Positions 8,443-18,154 of a stretch of 52,582 nt of DNA are shown here, in pieces (position 1 is the first letter of the stretch; each line of letters starts with the position of its first letter). Position numbers and translations under genes: made by a program. Below the pieces are notes generated by a model. The model searched no databases, was not told the DNA's origin, and saw only the letters and a list, made by a program, of their open reading frames with translations. Source of the DNA: a virus (Duplodnaviria > Caudoviricetes). The DNA lies in the IMG/VR virus record IMGVR_UViG_3300023284_000581, positions 1 through 52,582 of that record. One strand, given 5' to 3'.

Positions 8443-9918
8443 ATGAAACTCAAGCAATTCCTAGCTGTCATCAAACTTGAAATGAAGGGCGGCGCGACGT
8501 TTGACGAGGCCAAAAAGAAGGCTGTCGTCATGCTTGACGGTGATGCCATCCTTGACGAAACCGGCGCGGAGGTCAGCGTTGACCAGATTCAACTGATAAC
8601 AACGGCCCCGGCCAAGCGCGAAGATGAAACCGAAGAGGAGAAAGCCAAGCGCGAAGATGAGGAAGAGTTGAAGCGCAAACTACAGGACGAAGAGGAAGAG
8701 GAGGAAGACCCTGCCAAGGGCAAAATTTATCAGTTCACTGATAAGCAGCTCGATAAGTTCATCAACGCCAAGGCCAAAGCCGACCACGCCGCAGCCGCCA
8801 GCCAGACCAACAAGGCCACGCAGATCGGTATCATTAGCGCTGGCGATGTCACCGGTGGCGGCCCGCGCAATGATCTAGCCAAGACAACTGGCGGGTTTAA
8901 GTGCCTTGGCGACCAAGCCCGGGCAATCCATCAGTATGTGATGGACCCGATCAACCTGGACCCACGGCTCAAGTCCTTCAGCGGCAAATCCACACCCACC
9001 AATGTTTCGGTCGGGCAAGTTGGCTCCGATGGCGGCTTTTCGATCGCCCCGGATTTTCTCGCAGAACTCCAAGGCCATGCGTTTGATGAAAATTCCATTT
9101 TCGCCCTTTGCCGCCAACTGAACACCAGCGGCAACAGCCTGGAACTACCCAAGGATGAGACCGTTCCCTGGGGAACCGATGGCGTGCAGGTTAACTGGAC
9201 CGCCGAAAACGTCGGCATCACAGATAGCAAGTTGAAGATCGGCGCCATCGACATCAAGCTGCACAAGCTCGCCGCTCTGGTGCCTGTTACCAATGAATTA
9301 CTCGAAGACAGCGCCCTGAACCTGGGTTCGTATCTTAACGACACGACCCCGCGCAAGATCCGCTACAAGGTCGATGACGCGATTGTTAACGGCAGCGGCG
9401 CTGGTCAACCGCTGGGCATCCGCAACAGTGGCGCAATCAAAACTGTCACCCGCACGACCGCCACGGGCATCGCGATCGATGAGATCGCCGACCTCATGGC
9501 CGCTGTTCCGTCATGGTCAATCAATAGCGCAACATTCCTGAGCCACACCACGGTCCTACCCGACATCGTTAAGGCGCAGATCGGTAACTTCCCGGTATTC
9601 ATGGCTCCCGGCGCGCTGGAGACCAAAGGGTTGCCCATGGGCCTGATGGGGCGGCCGCTCCTGGTCCATGAAGTGGCCCAAGCTCGGGACAATGCCGGCG
9701 ATCTGGCCTTGCATGATTTCTCACAATATATTTGCGTGACCAAGACGGTTAGCGGCGGAATCCAAGGTCAGATGTCGGTTCACCTGTACTTCGATCGCGA
9801 TGTATCAGCGTTCCGTTTCACCATGCGAATCGGTGGCCAGCCGTGGCTAACCTCGACCATCGCGCAAGACAACGGCGGTGGCACCATCAGCCCGTTCAGT
9901 GAAATCGGCGCTACCTAA
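8443..9918 (+). CDS. Major capsid protein, HK97 fold, with acidic N-terminal scaffold/delta domain
   Basis: DGGFSIAPDF, KLAALVPVTNELLEDS, AIVNGSGAGQPLGI and LMGRPLLV motifs; ATG at 8443. Confidence 0.95.
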   Translation: MKLKQFLAVIKLEMKGGATFDEAKKKAVVMLDGDAILDETGAEVSVDQIQLITTAPAKREDETEEEKAKREDEEELKRKLQDEEEEEEDPAKGKIYQFTDKQLDKFINAKAKADHAAAASQTNKATQIGIISAGDVTGGGPRNDLAKTTGGFKCLGDQARAIHQYVMDPINLDPRLKSFSGKSTPTNVSVGQVGSDGGFSIAPDFLAELQGHAFDENSIFALCRQLNTSGNSLELPKDETVPWGTDGVQVNWTAENVGITDSKLKIGAIDIKLHKLAALVPVTNELLEDSALNLGSYLNDTTPRKIRYKVDDAIVNGSGAGQPLGIRNSGAIKTVTRTTATGIAIDEIADLMAAVPSWSINSATFLSHTTVLPDIVKAQIGNFPVFMAPGALETKGLPMGLMGRPLLVHEVAQARDNAGDLALHDFSQYICVTKTVSGGIQGQMSVHLYFDRDVSAFRFTMRIGGQPWLTSTIAQDNGGGTISPFSEIGAT

Positions 9919-9959
9919 TCGTGATCGATTCTCCCGACCTTTAGCACAGGAGATAGGTC

Positions 9960-10199
9960 ATGAGCGAGACAAAGAAGCTGCTGAATGTGGCCCAAGCCAA
10001 CTTGGCAAAGGCGCAGGCCGATGCCAAGGACGCCGATAAGGCCGTAGCCGATGCAAAGCAGAAAGTCAGTTCCGCAGTGCTGGCGCAGCAGAAATCTTCC
10101 GACACTGAGGCCAATGTACCCAAGGCTCCATCGAGCGGGGAAGAGCGCGGACCGCAGCCGAAGAAGACCACAAAGAAAAAGACCAGCGAGAAGAAATAA
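9960..10199 (+). CDS. Hypothetical Ala/Lys-rich protein
   Basis: AGGAG SD; 79 aa directly after the capsid gene. Confidence 0.6.
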   Translation: MSETKKLLNVAQANLAKAQADAKDADKAVADAKQKVSSAVLAQQKSSDTEANVPKAPSSGEERGPQPKKTTKKKTSEKK

Positions 10200-10235
10200 C
10201 CAACCTTGAATCAAGAAAGAATTTGGAGATAGATC

Positions 10236-10688
10236 ATGCCTAATAACGCACTTGGAACTGAACTAAGCGCCCTGGTCGGTGCTATCGATCCTGATGTGAC
10301 TGCCGCGTCCACCGTTACTACGGCGTGGATTACGGCTAAAGATTTTGAGCGATATGTCGCAACAATCATGGTTGGAACGCTTGGGGCGTCAGCCACGGTT
10401 GATGCCAAGCTTCAGCAGGCTACGGACGGCAGCGGAACCGGCGCAAAGGACATAACTGGTAAAGCCATCACCCAGCTTACTGCGGCTGGCACTGATTCGG
10501 ACAAGCAGTCGAAGATTAATCTTCGCGGGGATGAACTCGATGTCGATGGCGGGTTTGATTTCATCCAATTGTCGGTAACTGTCGCCGTGGCGACTTCTGA
10601 TATTGCCGCATACGTGGAAGGATTGAGTCCCCGATACGGGCCAGCCAATGATTTCGATGCGACGACTGTAGACGAAATCATCAGCTAA
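10236..10688 (+). CDS. Putative head decoration/cement protein
   Basis: Ala/Thr-rich beta protein (VDAKLQQATDGSGTGAKDI) of the type often found just after HK97 capsid genes. Confidence 0.65.
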   Translation: MPNNALGTELSALVGAIDPDVTAASTVTTAWITAKDFERYVATIMVGTLGASATVDAKLQQATDGSGTGAKDITGKAITQLTAAGTDSDKQSKINLRGDELDVDGGFDFIQLSVTVAVATSDIAAYVEGLSPRYGPANDFDATTVDEIIS

Positions 10689-10760
10689 CAAAACTGAATA
10701 CGCACCCCAATCTCGCTTAACGGCGCGCTTGGGCTTTTCCTATTACCACGGAGGTGAGCT

Positions 10761-11090
10761 ATGGCAATTGTGCAAACGAGAAAAGAACACTGCGGGCTTG
10801 CAGAAGGTCGTGTCATGTACATGACTGATGTCGCCGCCGAGAAGCTGGTGGCACGCGGTAAGGTCAAAATCCTGAAAACAAACGAATCGAATAAGGCGCG
10901 GCTCATGGCCGAAAACTCGGTTCACATTAAACCGGACGAACCCGAAACCGAACAAGAACCACAGACCCCAACCGCCGGCGATTTCGATTCGATGAAAAAG
11001 GCCAAGGACAAGCCCACACGCGACAAGGCAGTCAAGTCCGAGGAAACCAAACGCAAGGGCCCCACGAACGTCACGACCAGCGAGGGCTAA
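10761..11090 (+). CDS. Hypothetical protein (possible head-tail connector accessory)
   Basis: GGAGGT SD; AEKLVARGKV motif followed by a charged tail. Confidence 0.6.
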   Translation: MAIVQTRKEHCGLAEGRVMYMTDVAAEKLVARGKVKILKTNESNKARLMAENSVHIKPDEPETEQEPQTPTAGDFDSMKKAKDKPTRDKAVKSEETKRKGPTNVTTSEG

Positions 11091-11092
11091 CC

Positions 11093-11311
11093 ATGGCGAC
11101 GGGAACTCTCACAGTTGAAGTGCGGGCACGATTCCCTTGGTGGTGGAAACCATTGGCCAAGACTGTCGTCTTTGCGAGCCGCTTGGGTATTCGAATGCCT
11201 TTTTCGGAAGAAGCGTTCGCGTCATTCATCATTCGCCGTGCCACATTCCAAACCAAACAAGCAGATAAGTGGGTAGACATTGGCAAGCCTGACCACCAGA
11301 GCAAAGCTTAA
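11093..11311 (+). CDS. Hypothetical protein
   Basis: 72 aa ORF filling the gap, with GAGGG SD. Confidence 0.45.
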   Translation: MATGTLTVEVRARFPWWWKPLAKTVVFASRLGIRMPFSEEAFASFIIRRATFQTKQADKWVDIGKPDHQSKA

Positions 11312-12149
11312 ACGGTACCTGGGTATCAACGAATTGATCAGCGCTGATGATAGCCTGCTTGATTCGTTGATCATCGCGGGCACCAAGCGGATTGAACGCC
11401 TTGCCCATCGGATTTTCTGCGCCAACGACCGGCGCGAATGGCACGATGGCGACGATGCGCATATCAAGGTCAAGAACTGGCCGCTAATACGGGTTAATCG
11501 CGTGATGATCGGTAGCGGCGAGGCCCTGCGTCTGGAATACACGGGGTCGGACATACAGGCCCACGTCTCGGTCTTTTCCGATGCCGACCATGAAACCACC
11601 GGTATCCGGCTAAGCACGCTTAGCGCGACCGGTACGGCGATCAATACCGAGCGAACCTTTGCCAACTTCCTGACGCTTTCACTGATGGCCACCGAGCTAA
11701 ACAGCGTTGCGGATTGGACGGTCACGCAGCGCGGCGACGATTGGAGCGTTAAGGATCTGCACCCGCTGTCGGGGCTCGATGCCAAAGCTACCGCGGTAAA
11801 CCTGACGCGCCCGGATTTCTCCTGTCCATTTGAAACCAACTACCGCACGGGCATTATCGAGATACCCCACCTGCGCGATGCCACGATCCACATGCACCTG
11901 AATGCCTATGACCGACCCCAGACTCGGTTCCAGATGACGCTGGTGGATTATCGTGGTGGGTACGACGCCATCCCGGCGGACATTGAGCAGGTGGCACACG
12001 AGTTTATCCGGGATATGTTTGCCAATACCGACCAACCCAGCGGTGTGCAGTCGGAAAACCTGGGCGATTACGCATACAGCCTCGCCGATCAGACTCAGTT
12101 CAACACTCGCCAACTTGAAATCATCCGTTCTTATGTGGAGTTGGTCTGA
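11280..12149 (+). CDS. Head-tail connector (gp6/gp15-like adaptor)
   Basis: LTTRAKLKRYLGI...DDSLLDSLI and YRGGYDAIPADIEQ...SENLGDYAYS motifs. Confidence 0.82.
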   Translation: MASLTTRAKLKRYLGINELISADDSLLDSLIIAGTKRIERLAHRIFCANDRREWHDGDDAHIKVKNWPLIRVNRVMIGSGEALRLEYTGSDIQAHVSVFSDADHETTGIRLSTLSATGTAINTERTFANFLTLSLMATELNSVADWTVTQRGDDWSVKDLHPLSGLDAKATAVNLTRPDFSCPFETNYRTGIIEIPHLRDATIHMHLNAYDRPQTRFQMTLVDYRGGYDAIPADIEQVAHEFIRDMFANTDQPSGVQSENLGDYAYSLADQTQFNTRQLEIIRSYVELV

Positions 12150-12508
12150 TGACGTTTGTCAAGCGACCTCCGCGTCACTTATTTAATTCGGTCGTCACCG
12201 TGCAGGCCATTACCCAGACCGCGACAGGCGTCGGGGGCGGCTTTACCCAGACATGGCCAAACACACTGGTGAGCATCCAGGCGCGCATACAACCGCAAGT
12301 AGCGGCCTTCAGCGTCCAGCAGGGAACCGAGCGCGAGCGCAAGAAGTACACGGTCTTTATCGCACCAGGCCAGGCGGTTGTCGCCGGCTACCGCATGACC
12401 TTCACCGACTTCGAGGGCACGGCCCGCACTGTCCTGATCGATTCGACCAAGGACAACCAGCTTGGCGGCGTGGTCCTGCGCTGTGACTGTACGGAGGTGC
12501 TGGACTGA
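12149..12508 (+). CDS. Head closure / stopper protein
   Basis: Position and G.GGFTQTW...IQARIQP motif. Confidence 0.7.
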   Translation: MTFVKRPPRHLFNSVVTVQAITQTATGVGGGFTQTWPNTLVSIQARIQPQVAAFSVQQGTERERKKYTVFIAPGQAVVAGYRMTFTDFEGTARTVLIDSTKDNQLGGVVLRCDCTEVLD

Positions 12509-13002
12509 TGGCTAGCAGGGTTGTCTGGAAAGGTGAACAAGCGTTGAAGGCGGCCAAGGTGGCGGCGTGTGCTGCTATTGCTGCGGGCGCTATTTTCATC
12601 CAAGCCGAAACCAAGAAGAATCTGAACCGACACAACAGCGGATCGCCCGCAAAACCTTCCAAGCCTAGTTCCCCAGGCCGTCCACCAGGTAAGCAGAGCG
12701 GCGCCCTGAGCCGATCCATCCAGGTCGATCTATCGGATTGCAAAAACAAACTGATTGCCCGGGTCGGGACGAACCTGATTTATGCCCGCATCCAGGAGTT
12801 CGGCGGCATGATCACGGCCAAGACCGCGAAGTTCCTCAAGTTCATGCTGCCCGATGGAACCTGGCGGATGGTCAAGAGTGTATTTCTGCCGTCCCGCCCT
12901 TATATGCGTCCAGTGATTGCCCGCAAGCAACGCAAGATCCTGGACACCGTTGCGGTCACGTTCCGCAAAGTGTTCTTTAAGCAGACACGGAACCTTCGAT
13001 GA
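12508..13002 (+). CDS. HK97 gp10-like neck/tail completion protein
   Basis: PGRPPGKQSGALSRSI, VGTNLIYARIQEFG and PSRPYMRP motifs. Confidence 0.85.
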   Translation: MASRVVWKGEQALKAAKVAACAAIAAGAIFIQAETKKNLNRHNSGSPAKPSKPSSPGRPPGKQSGALSRSIQVDLSDCKNKLIARVGTNLIYARIQEFGGMITAKTAKFLKFMLPDGTWRMVKSVFLPSRPYMRPVIARKQRKILDTVAVTFRKVFFKQTRNLR

Positions 13003-13418
13003 GCCAAGTTGAGTTCAACAAGGCGGTGCTGACCAAGTTCACCGGCAGCGGTGCGCTCGACACTGCGCTGACCAGTCGGTTCTTTGACACGATGCCGCCA
13101 ACCGATGCGAACGGCCAACTATTGGCGAATCTGCCGTTCCTGGTCTGGACCGTCACTACCGACGTCCACCCACCTAATTTCATTCGCGACGATCTGGACG
13201 TGATTATTCAAATCGACCTTTGGTCAAAGAAAGAGACTGGCAAGGAAGCGGCGACGGCAAACAACGATTTGATCGTTGCACTGTTAAACCGTCAGTCGCT
13301 GACCATGACCGGCGTAACCGGTATTACCGGCCGAGTCGAAGACAGAGGAACCCCCTCGTTTGAGGGTGACGCCATCCGAATTTTATCGTCCTACCGATTC
13401 GTAGGCACTGGGAGCTAA
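12999..13418 (+). CDS. Tail terminator protein (DUF3168-like)
   Basis: Position before the tail tube gene; PFLVW and IQIDLWS motifs. Confidence 0.72.
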   Translation: MSQVEFNKAVLTKFTGSGALDTALTSRFFDTMPPTDANGQLLANLPFLVWTVTTDVHPPNFIRDDLDVIIQIDLWSKKETGKEAATANNDLIVALLNRQSLTMTGVTGITGRVEDRGTPSFEGDAIRILSSYRFVGTGS

Positions 13419-13420
13419 CT

Positions 13421-13837
13421 ATGGCTATTCCTGATATTGGCAGTTTCAACGGCGAGATCATCCTGCAGGCGTTCACCGGTTGTACGTTGACATTCAACGC
13501 GACGATTACCCAGGTCAGTCTGGATCGAACCGACAAGGAAGCCATGGTCGGCACGTTCACGTTCGTTTCTGACGGCGATCCCACGTCGATTGTTTGGGAT
13601 GAGAGTGGCGCCGGCCCGACAGTCATCCAGGGCCTTAACGCGGCAGTCACCATGCCCGCCGGCTTCAACCTGACCGAAAACGCATGGCAGGCGACGATCG
13701 ATGTGGATGCGGTTACGTGGTCGGAGTTCATCAGCTTCTGGGAGCGGAACAAGCCGGGCAACGCGCGAATCAATGGAACGATCACCGGCCTGGTGCAGTT
13801 CGACGCGGCCAACACGCAACCCGTGCCGTCTGTCTAA
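13421..13837 (+). CDS. Probable major tail (tube) protein
   Basis: Synteny between terminator and chaperones; 138 aa, beta-rich. Confidence 0.6.
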   Translation: MAIPDIGSFNGEIILQAFTGCTLTFNATITQVSLDRTDKEAMVGTFTFVSDGDPTSIVWDESGAGPTVIQGLNAAVTMPAGFNLTENAWQATIDVDAVTWSEFISFWERNKPGNARINGTITGLVQFDAANTQPVPSV

Positions 13838-13860
13838 CTAATTGAATCGGGAGATCAATC

Positions 13861-14073
13861 ATGGCCCAGGAAGACAAAGGCATAACGATGAAGCAGCTTT
13901 GCAAGAGGATCCGTAGCGGCCAAAACGGAATCAGGGTGGCGTGCCGAGGCAACGATCTTGGCCCGGACATCCTTGATCCGAAGAAAGTCATGGACGAACG
14001 CTACAGCGAAAAGATGGTGGCGAAAATCGCCAATGCCATGGGGCTCGAAGGCAAGGGGCAGAAAACCACTTAA
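13861..14073 (+). CDS. Hypothetical protein
   Basis: GGGAG SD; 70 aa. Confidence 0.55.
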   Translation: MAQEDKGITMKQLCKRIRSGQNGIRVACRGNDLGPDILDPKKVMDERYSEKMVAKIANAMGLEGKGQKTT

Positions 14074-14113
14074 GCGATTGGCTAACCAACAACCCTTTTA
14101 GGAGAGGATTGAA

Positions 14114-14476
14114 ATGATTGCTGAATTATCAAAAGTCGCAACAACCCATAACGAGGTGGAGTTGCGCAAACTCACGATGCAAAACTGGGCCGATTTGGCG
14201 TCTAAGTTGCCAGATCATATTAAAGACCGGGGGATCGATGGGGTAATCGAATGGATTACTGGACATCCCGGAGGCCTGGTTGCTGGGCTAAAAATGGTTA
14301 CTTCGATGAGCGATGAACAGCTACTTGGACTTACGGACGTCTTCGGTTGGTCAAAGGCGTTGGGAGAGTGTATCGCGCCCCCAAAAGATCAAGGCTCGGA
14401 GAATACGGATCCGGGCCGACCGACTGGATCGTCGAGTGTGCCACGTTCGAATACATCTACAAGCGCTCACCAATGA
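14114..14476 (+). CDS. Tail assembly chaperone (gpG-like)
   Basis: Strong SD, located upstream of the tape measure, contains slippery site CCCAAAA at 14380-14386. Confidence 0.75.
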   Translation: MIAELSKVATTHNEVELRKLTMQNWADLASKLPDHIKDRGIDGVIEWITGHPGGLVAGLKMVTSMSDEQLLGLTDVFGWSKALGECIAPPKDQGSENTDPGRPTGSSSVPRSNTSTSAHQ

Positions 14477-14595
14477 GCATGACGTTGCGGCAGTTCGACG
14501 ATTACCGAATGCAAGCCGCGTATTTCAAAGCCCTGGAAAGCGGCGACGAGAAAGCGATTACCAAGCAGCGATTCTTTATGTTAATGAGGAACTAG
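14380..14595 (+). CDS. Tail assembly chaperone frameshift extension (gpGT-like), reached by -1 frameshift
   Basis: In-frame C CCA AAA (X XXY YYZ). The -1 frame is open to 14595 (PKRSRLGEYG...SPMSMTLRQF...) and ends 1 nt before the tape measure ATG. Confidence 0.75.
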   Translation, partial: PKRSRLGEYGSGPTDWIVECATFEYIYKRSPMSMTLRQFDDYRMQAAYFKALESGDEKAITKQRFFMLMRN

Positions 14596-14596
14596 C

Positions 14597-15406
14597 ATGG
14601 CGCCCAAGGCAACTGTTGCTGAAATGATTATTGAGCTTAGGGCCGACACTAAACGGCTCAGGGCCGATTTCAAGAAAGCGCGCAGGCTGTCCGACGATGA
14701 AGCCAAGAAGATCGGCAAGGGGTTTCGCGATCAGTTCGGCGAGACGATGGGCCAGATAGGCCAGATTCGGGCTGTGACAGGAGAGATCGCCAATGTTGCC
14801 AACGGACTTACCGAAATGGGCAAGAAGCTGCGCATGGTTGAAAGTGATGCTGAAGGAATCCTGGTTGTCTTCGAGTCTATGCCATTTGGCATCGGGCAAG
14901 CGGTCAGTTCGGTTAAGGGCTTGTTCAATGAATTGTCCGGGGCCGCCGAACAAGCGGAGAGGCTGGCAAAATTCCGGCTCGGTCAATCAATAGAGGGGCG
15001 CAGGACTGCATCAAGGGACGCGATCGCCCGGGGTCTGAGCAACAGACTCGCGTTGGCAACCGCCAAGACCCCGCAGGCCCGGCAGGCTATCCAGAACCAG
15101 CAACAAGTAGAAACCCTGAGGTCTCAATTCAGGAGGATCGGGGGCTTTGATCCGTTCAGTTCGAGGCAAGACGACAAGTTGCCAGCGCAGTTCCAGGCAG
15201 CGCTTGCCTCGCTAAAGGAGCTGCAGGGGCTTGCCGGTGGCGGTGGGGCTGGCGGTGTGCCAGGGGCCCGAACCATCAGCCTGTCGCGCACGGCATTTGG
15301 CGGGCCCGGCGGCGCTGAAATGGGCAAGCCGATTAACGAGCGACAAGGCACGCGGATCATCGAACTCCTCGAACAAGGGAACACCCAGGGGGCGACAGCA
15401 GGATAA
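14597..15406 (+). CDS. Tape measure protein, unusually short (269 aa)
   Basis: Follows the G/GT pair; N-terminus VAEMIIELRADTKRL is typical of tape measures; Ala/Gly/Gln helical composition. Confidence 0.7.
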   Translation: MAPKATVAEMIIELRADTKRLRADFKKARRLSDDEAKKIGKGFRDQFGETMGQIGQIRAVTGEIANVANGLTEMGKKLRMVESDAEGILVVFESMPFGIGQAVSSVKGLFNELSGAAEQAERLAKFRLGQSIEGRRTASRDAIARGLSNRLALATAKTPQARQAIQNQQQVETLRSQFRRIGGFDPFSSRQDDKLPAQFQAALASLKELQGLAGGGGAGGVPGARTISLSRTAFGGPGGAEMGKPINERQGTRIIELLEQGNTQGATAG

Positions 15407-16278
15407 TGGCACCGAAAGTCACATTAAAACACGCTGGCACCTCGGTAGGCGATACCGTCGCCACCTTTGCCTATCAAATTATCGATCTGGATGCTGGCCC
15501 CTCCGGTGATTTTGCGCCTGGAGACTCCGCGCTGCAAAGCGTTGACCGCGCTATGCAAGCCTACAACGTACTGCCTGTCAAGAAAAAAGACTTCCCGAAA
15601 AAAGGACTGGGTTGGCAGTTCGATGCCAAGCAGATCACCAGCATCGACAGCGCCACAGCCGCGTCCGGTTTCGTTCGTTACGTAAAACTGAAAGCCGCCG
15701 CCGAAGTTACTTTTCGCATGGGCTCGATCGTTCGGTCGGTGACGACTGAAACCGATGTGGACAGCAAACCCATCGTGGTTGAATACACCGGAAAAGACGG
15801 GACCATGGGCGATCCGATCAGTGCCACGACCAATCAATTCATCCCGAATAACACACTGATCGTTAACCACCAGACGACCAACCCGCCATTCAGCCAGTTG
15901 GCCAATGTCGGAAAAGTTAACGAGAAAGCATGGATAGGCAACGTCTTGGGCCGCATCGACGTGCCTGACGGCGCTGGCCAGTGGCTGTTTCATGCGTTGG
16001 AGTTGCCGACGTTTAACCCAAGGGATCTAGCGGAAAGTACGGCGGAGGTTCCCCCCTACAACGTCCAATACACCTTTGTATTGGACCAAGACACATTCCA
16101 TCCGGTTGTGGCAGCGATAAATCCGGCAACAGGCAAACAGTTTTCCAATAACACCAAGCCCGACCGAATAGAACCCGGCCAAAAGGGCAATGGAACACTT
16201 GTGGTGCAGACTCAGAAGATTCTCGATTTCGGAACCCTCCCATTTGTCGCAACGCTCAAACGATTACGCAACAGGTAA
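15406..16278 (+). CDS. Tail tip / distal tail region protein
   Basis: Coupled immediately after the tape measure. Confidence 0.55.
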   Translation: MAPKVTLKHAGTSVGDTVATFAYQIIDLDAGPSGDFAPGDSALQSVDRAMQAYNVLPVKKKDFPKKGLGWQFDAKQITSIDSATAASGFVRYVKLKAAAEVTFRMGSIVRSVTTETDVDSKPIVVEYTGKDGTMGDPISATTNQFIPNNTLIVNHQTTNPPFSQLANVGKVNEKAWIGNVLGRIDVPDGAGQWLFHALELPTFNPRDLAESTAEVPPYNVQYTFVLDQDTFHPVVAAINPATGKQFSNNTKPDRIEPGQKGNGTLVVQTQKILDFGTLPFVATLKRLRNR

Positions 16279-16281
16279 GCC

Positions 16282-16815
16282 ATGATTGATCGAATACAAA
16301 ATGGCCAAAGATTGCAAGGCGGCCTAGACGGCAACCTGAACAATGCCGCACGTGTGATGAACCCGATCATTTCGCAGCTTGATAGCTCTGCCTTGGACTT
16401 GGTGCGGCAAATCGTGGCTCTGATGTTCCCCTTTTCGGCCAAGATCACCGAATGGGAGGAGATTGACACCGATAGCAACCGTTGGAAGTACGCATGGGAA
16501 GAAGTAGCCAGAACTTCGGCTGATGCCTTCACCAATTCATCGGACCTAAAGAGATCGGGCACCCTTACCACCGACTACGCGCTCAACACGATTGAGGCCG
16601 TCAATGACGGAACCGGTGTACACGGCAATAGTGTGGACATCGACGGCGCAGACTATCCGGCCGGTTTCGAGCAGAAGCCAGTAGGCGCGGGCAGCGGCGG
16701 AACGCCTGATAAGGAAGTGGTTGTGATTATGAGCCCGATTGTCGGGTCGGACGGCAATATTAGTTTCCAATTCCAATACGAGAATGCAGACGATGGAACT
16801 TGTGAGGCGCCTTAA
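16282..16815 (+). CDS. Tail-region structural protein
   Basis: Position in the tail-tip block; paralogous motifs with 5930-6424. Confidence 0.6.
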   Translation: MIDRIQNGQRLQGGLDGNLNNAARVMNPIISQLDSSALDLVRQIVALMFPFSAKITEWEEIDTDSNRWKYAWEEVARTSADAFTNSSDLKRSGTLTTDYALNTIEAVNDGTGVHGNSVDIDGADYPAGFEQKPVGAGSGGTPDKEVVVIMSPIVGSDGNISFQFQYENADDGTCEAP

Positions 16816-17225
16816 TGTCATGGCGACACGGATCATGCGAATGCTGCGCAAACTGCCCAAGCGATTGCACGGCTTGCCCGTCAATCAGCGCCACGATCAC
16901 CGGCGGGACCGGATGTTGCTGCTCATCGGTCAATGTCGCCAGCCAGGCGCTTACCCGTATTGGCTGTACATGGTCGGCATCGTATTTCGGTGTGGATACC
17001 GGCATTGCAACCATCGACATCACTTGCGATGGAGTCACCAATGAATGGGTCTATACGGTCACGATCACCAGCCACGATGTTTGTGGCGGAGCCTGCAACG
17101 CCGACCAGGAAGTATGGGAAGGCCGCCAGCCCGCCAGTGCGTGCCCGGAAACAACGAGTCTTTCGCTTACTCACCAGTCGGGATCTGATTGCTCGGCACA
17201 AACTTTAACCCTAACGGTCGCATGA
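16815..17225 (+). CDS. Cys-rich tail-region protein
   Basis: N-terminus SCECCANCPSDCTAC and many further Cys; TAATG coupling. Confidence 0.65.
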   Translation: MSWRHGSCECCANCPSDCTACPSISATITGGTGCCCSSVNVASQALTRIGCTWSASYFGVDTGIATIDITCDGVTNEWVYTVTITSHDVCGGACNADQEVWEGRQPASACPETTSLSLTHQSGSDCSAQTLTLTVA

Positions 17226-17467
17226 TGATTATGGAACTGCAAAAAGCAAAAGACAAGCCATTGGGTAGTTGTGGCGCCCGAATACTTGGCAAGGCGCACA
17301 AGTCGGGCGATAGGCAGTTTTATTGGTTTGAATATGTCAGTTGGAATGGCGAGCAGGCTGTAGCCGCTAGCCAAAGGGATACGGCGTATAGCTTCGATGG
17401 AGGGATAGTAACCGAGGGCCAAATCGTTTACATGCACAACATCGGAGAGTTTCATTTCCACACATGA
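17222..17467 (+). CDS. Hypothetical protein, possible distant paralogue of 16282-16815
   Basis: ATGA-type overlaps at both ends; ARI...DRQFYWFEYV resembles AKI...DSNRWKYAWEEV. Confidence 0.5.
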   Translation: MMIMELQKAKDKPLGSCGARILGKAHKSGDRQFYWFEYVSWNGEQAVAASQRDTAYSFDGGIVTEGQIVYMHNIGEFHFHT

Positions 17468-18144
17468 ACATCATCGCCACAATTTGTAATCGACGTCCCG
17501 ACCTGTTGGAAATACAGGCGCGGCTTTGTATCAAGTTATGTACCGATCAATTCACTTTTGTTGTGGGGGTCGCCAAGCGGTTTGATGTGGGCGATCTATC
17601 ACAATGGTCAGATATTCGGCACGATTTGGAAAGCCGCGAATACAGCGAAAACGTGTTTGAGTTGGCCGATCACATCGATCGGATGAATCCAAGTGCGGCT
17701 ATCTATCTTGAAGAAGATGTATTGCCCATTGGGGCGTTCAGCTTTGATATGTATGCGCCTGTGGCTCGGCATTTTCAGGGCCAACCTGTCTACACGATGC
17801 GTAAGTGGTGTGGTAATTATCCACCTGAAAATCATTGGGACGAAATCGACGCCGAATATGCCGAGGCCAATCTGCTGATGGGCGAACTGCTTGATGGCGG
17901 TCGGTTCTATCACCTCGACAAATCGAGCCACATCCTGCCCCGATGGTTTCAGGATGAGAAATGGGCGCGTGTCAAAGCGATAGCGGACGCGCACGGCGTT
18001 CCAATGCCCGCCAAATCGTGGGCGCGGATCGAACGGGAGCAAACATCGGAAGAAATAGCACGCCATGAGGCGGCGGTGGAAGCGGCTTACGGAGGGAATT
18101 TACCGGAAATACAAGTAGGTAGCTGCAAAGGATGCGGCAACTAG
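17464..18144 (+). CDS. Degenerate GT-A glycosyltransferase-like protein with C-terminal CxxC
   Basis: N-terminal beta strand then NRRPDLLEIQ, AIYLEEDVLPI (DxD-like position), FYHLDKSS, terminal CKGCG. Confidence 0.45.
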   Translation: MNIIATICNRRPDLLEIQARLCIKLCTDQFTFVVGVAKRFDVGDLSQWSDIRHDLESREYSENVFELADHIDRMNPSAAIYLEEDVLPIGAFSFDMYAPVARHFQGQPVYTMRKWCGNYPPENHWDEIDAEYAEANLLMGELLDGGRFYHLDKSSHILPRWFQDEKWARVKAIADAHGVPMPAKSWARIEREQTSEEIARHEAAVEAAYGGNLPEIQVGSCKGCGN

Positions 18145-18154
18145 GAGATAGATT

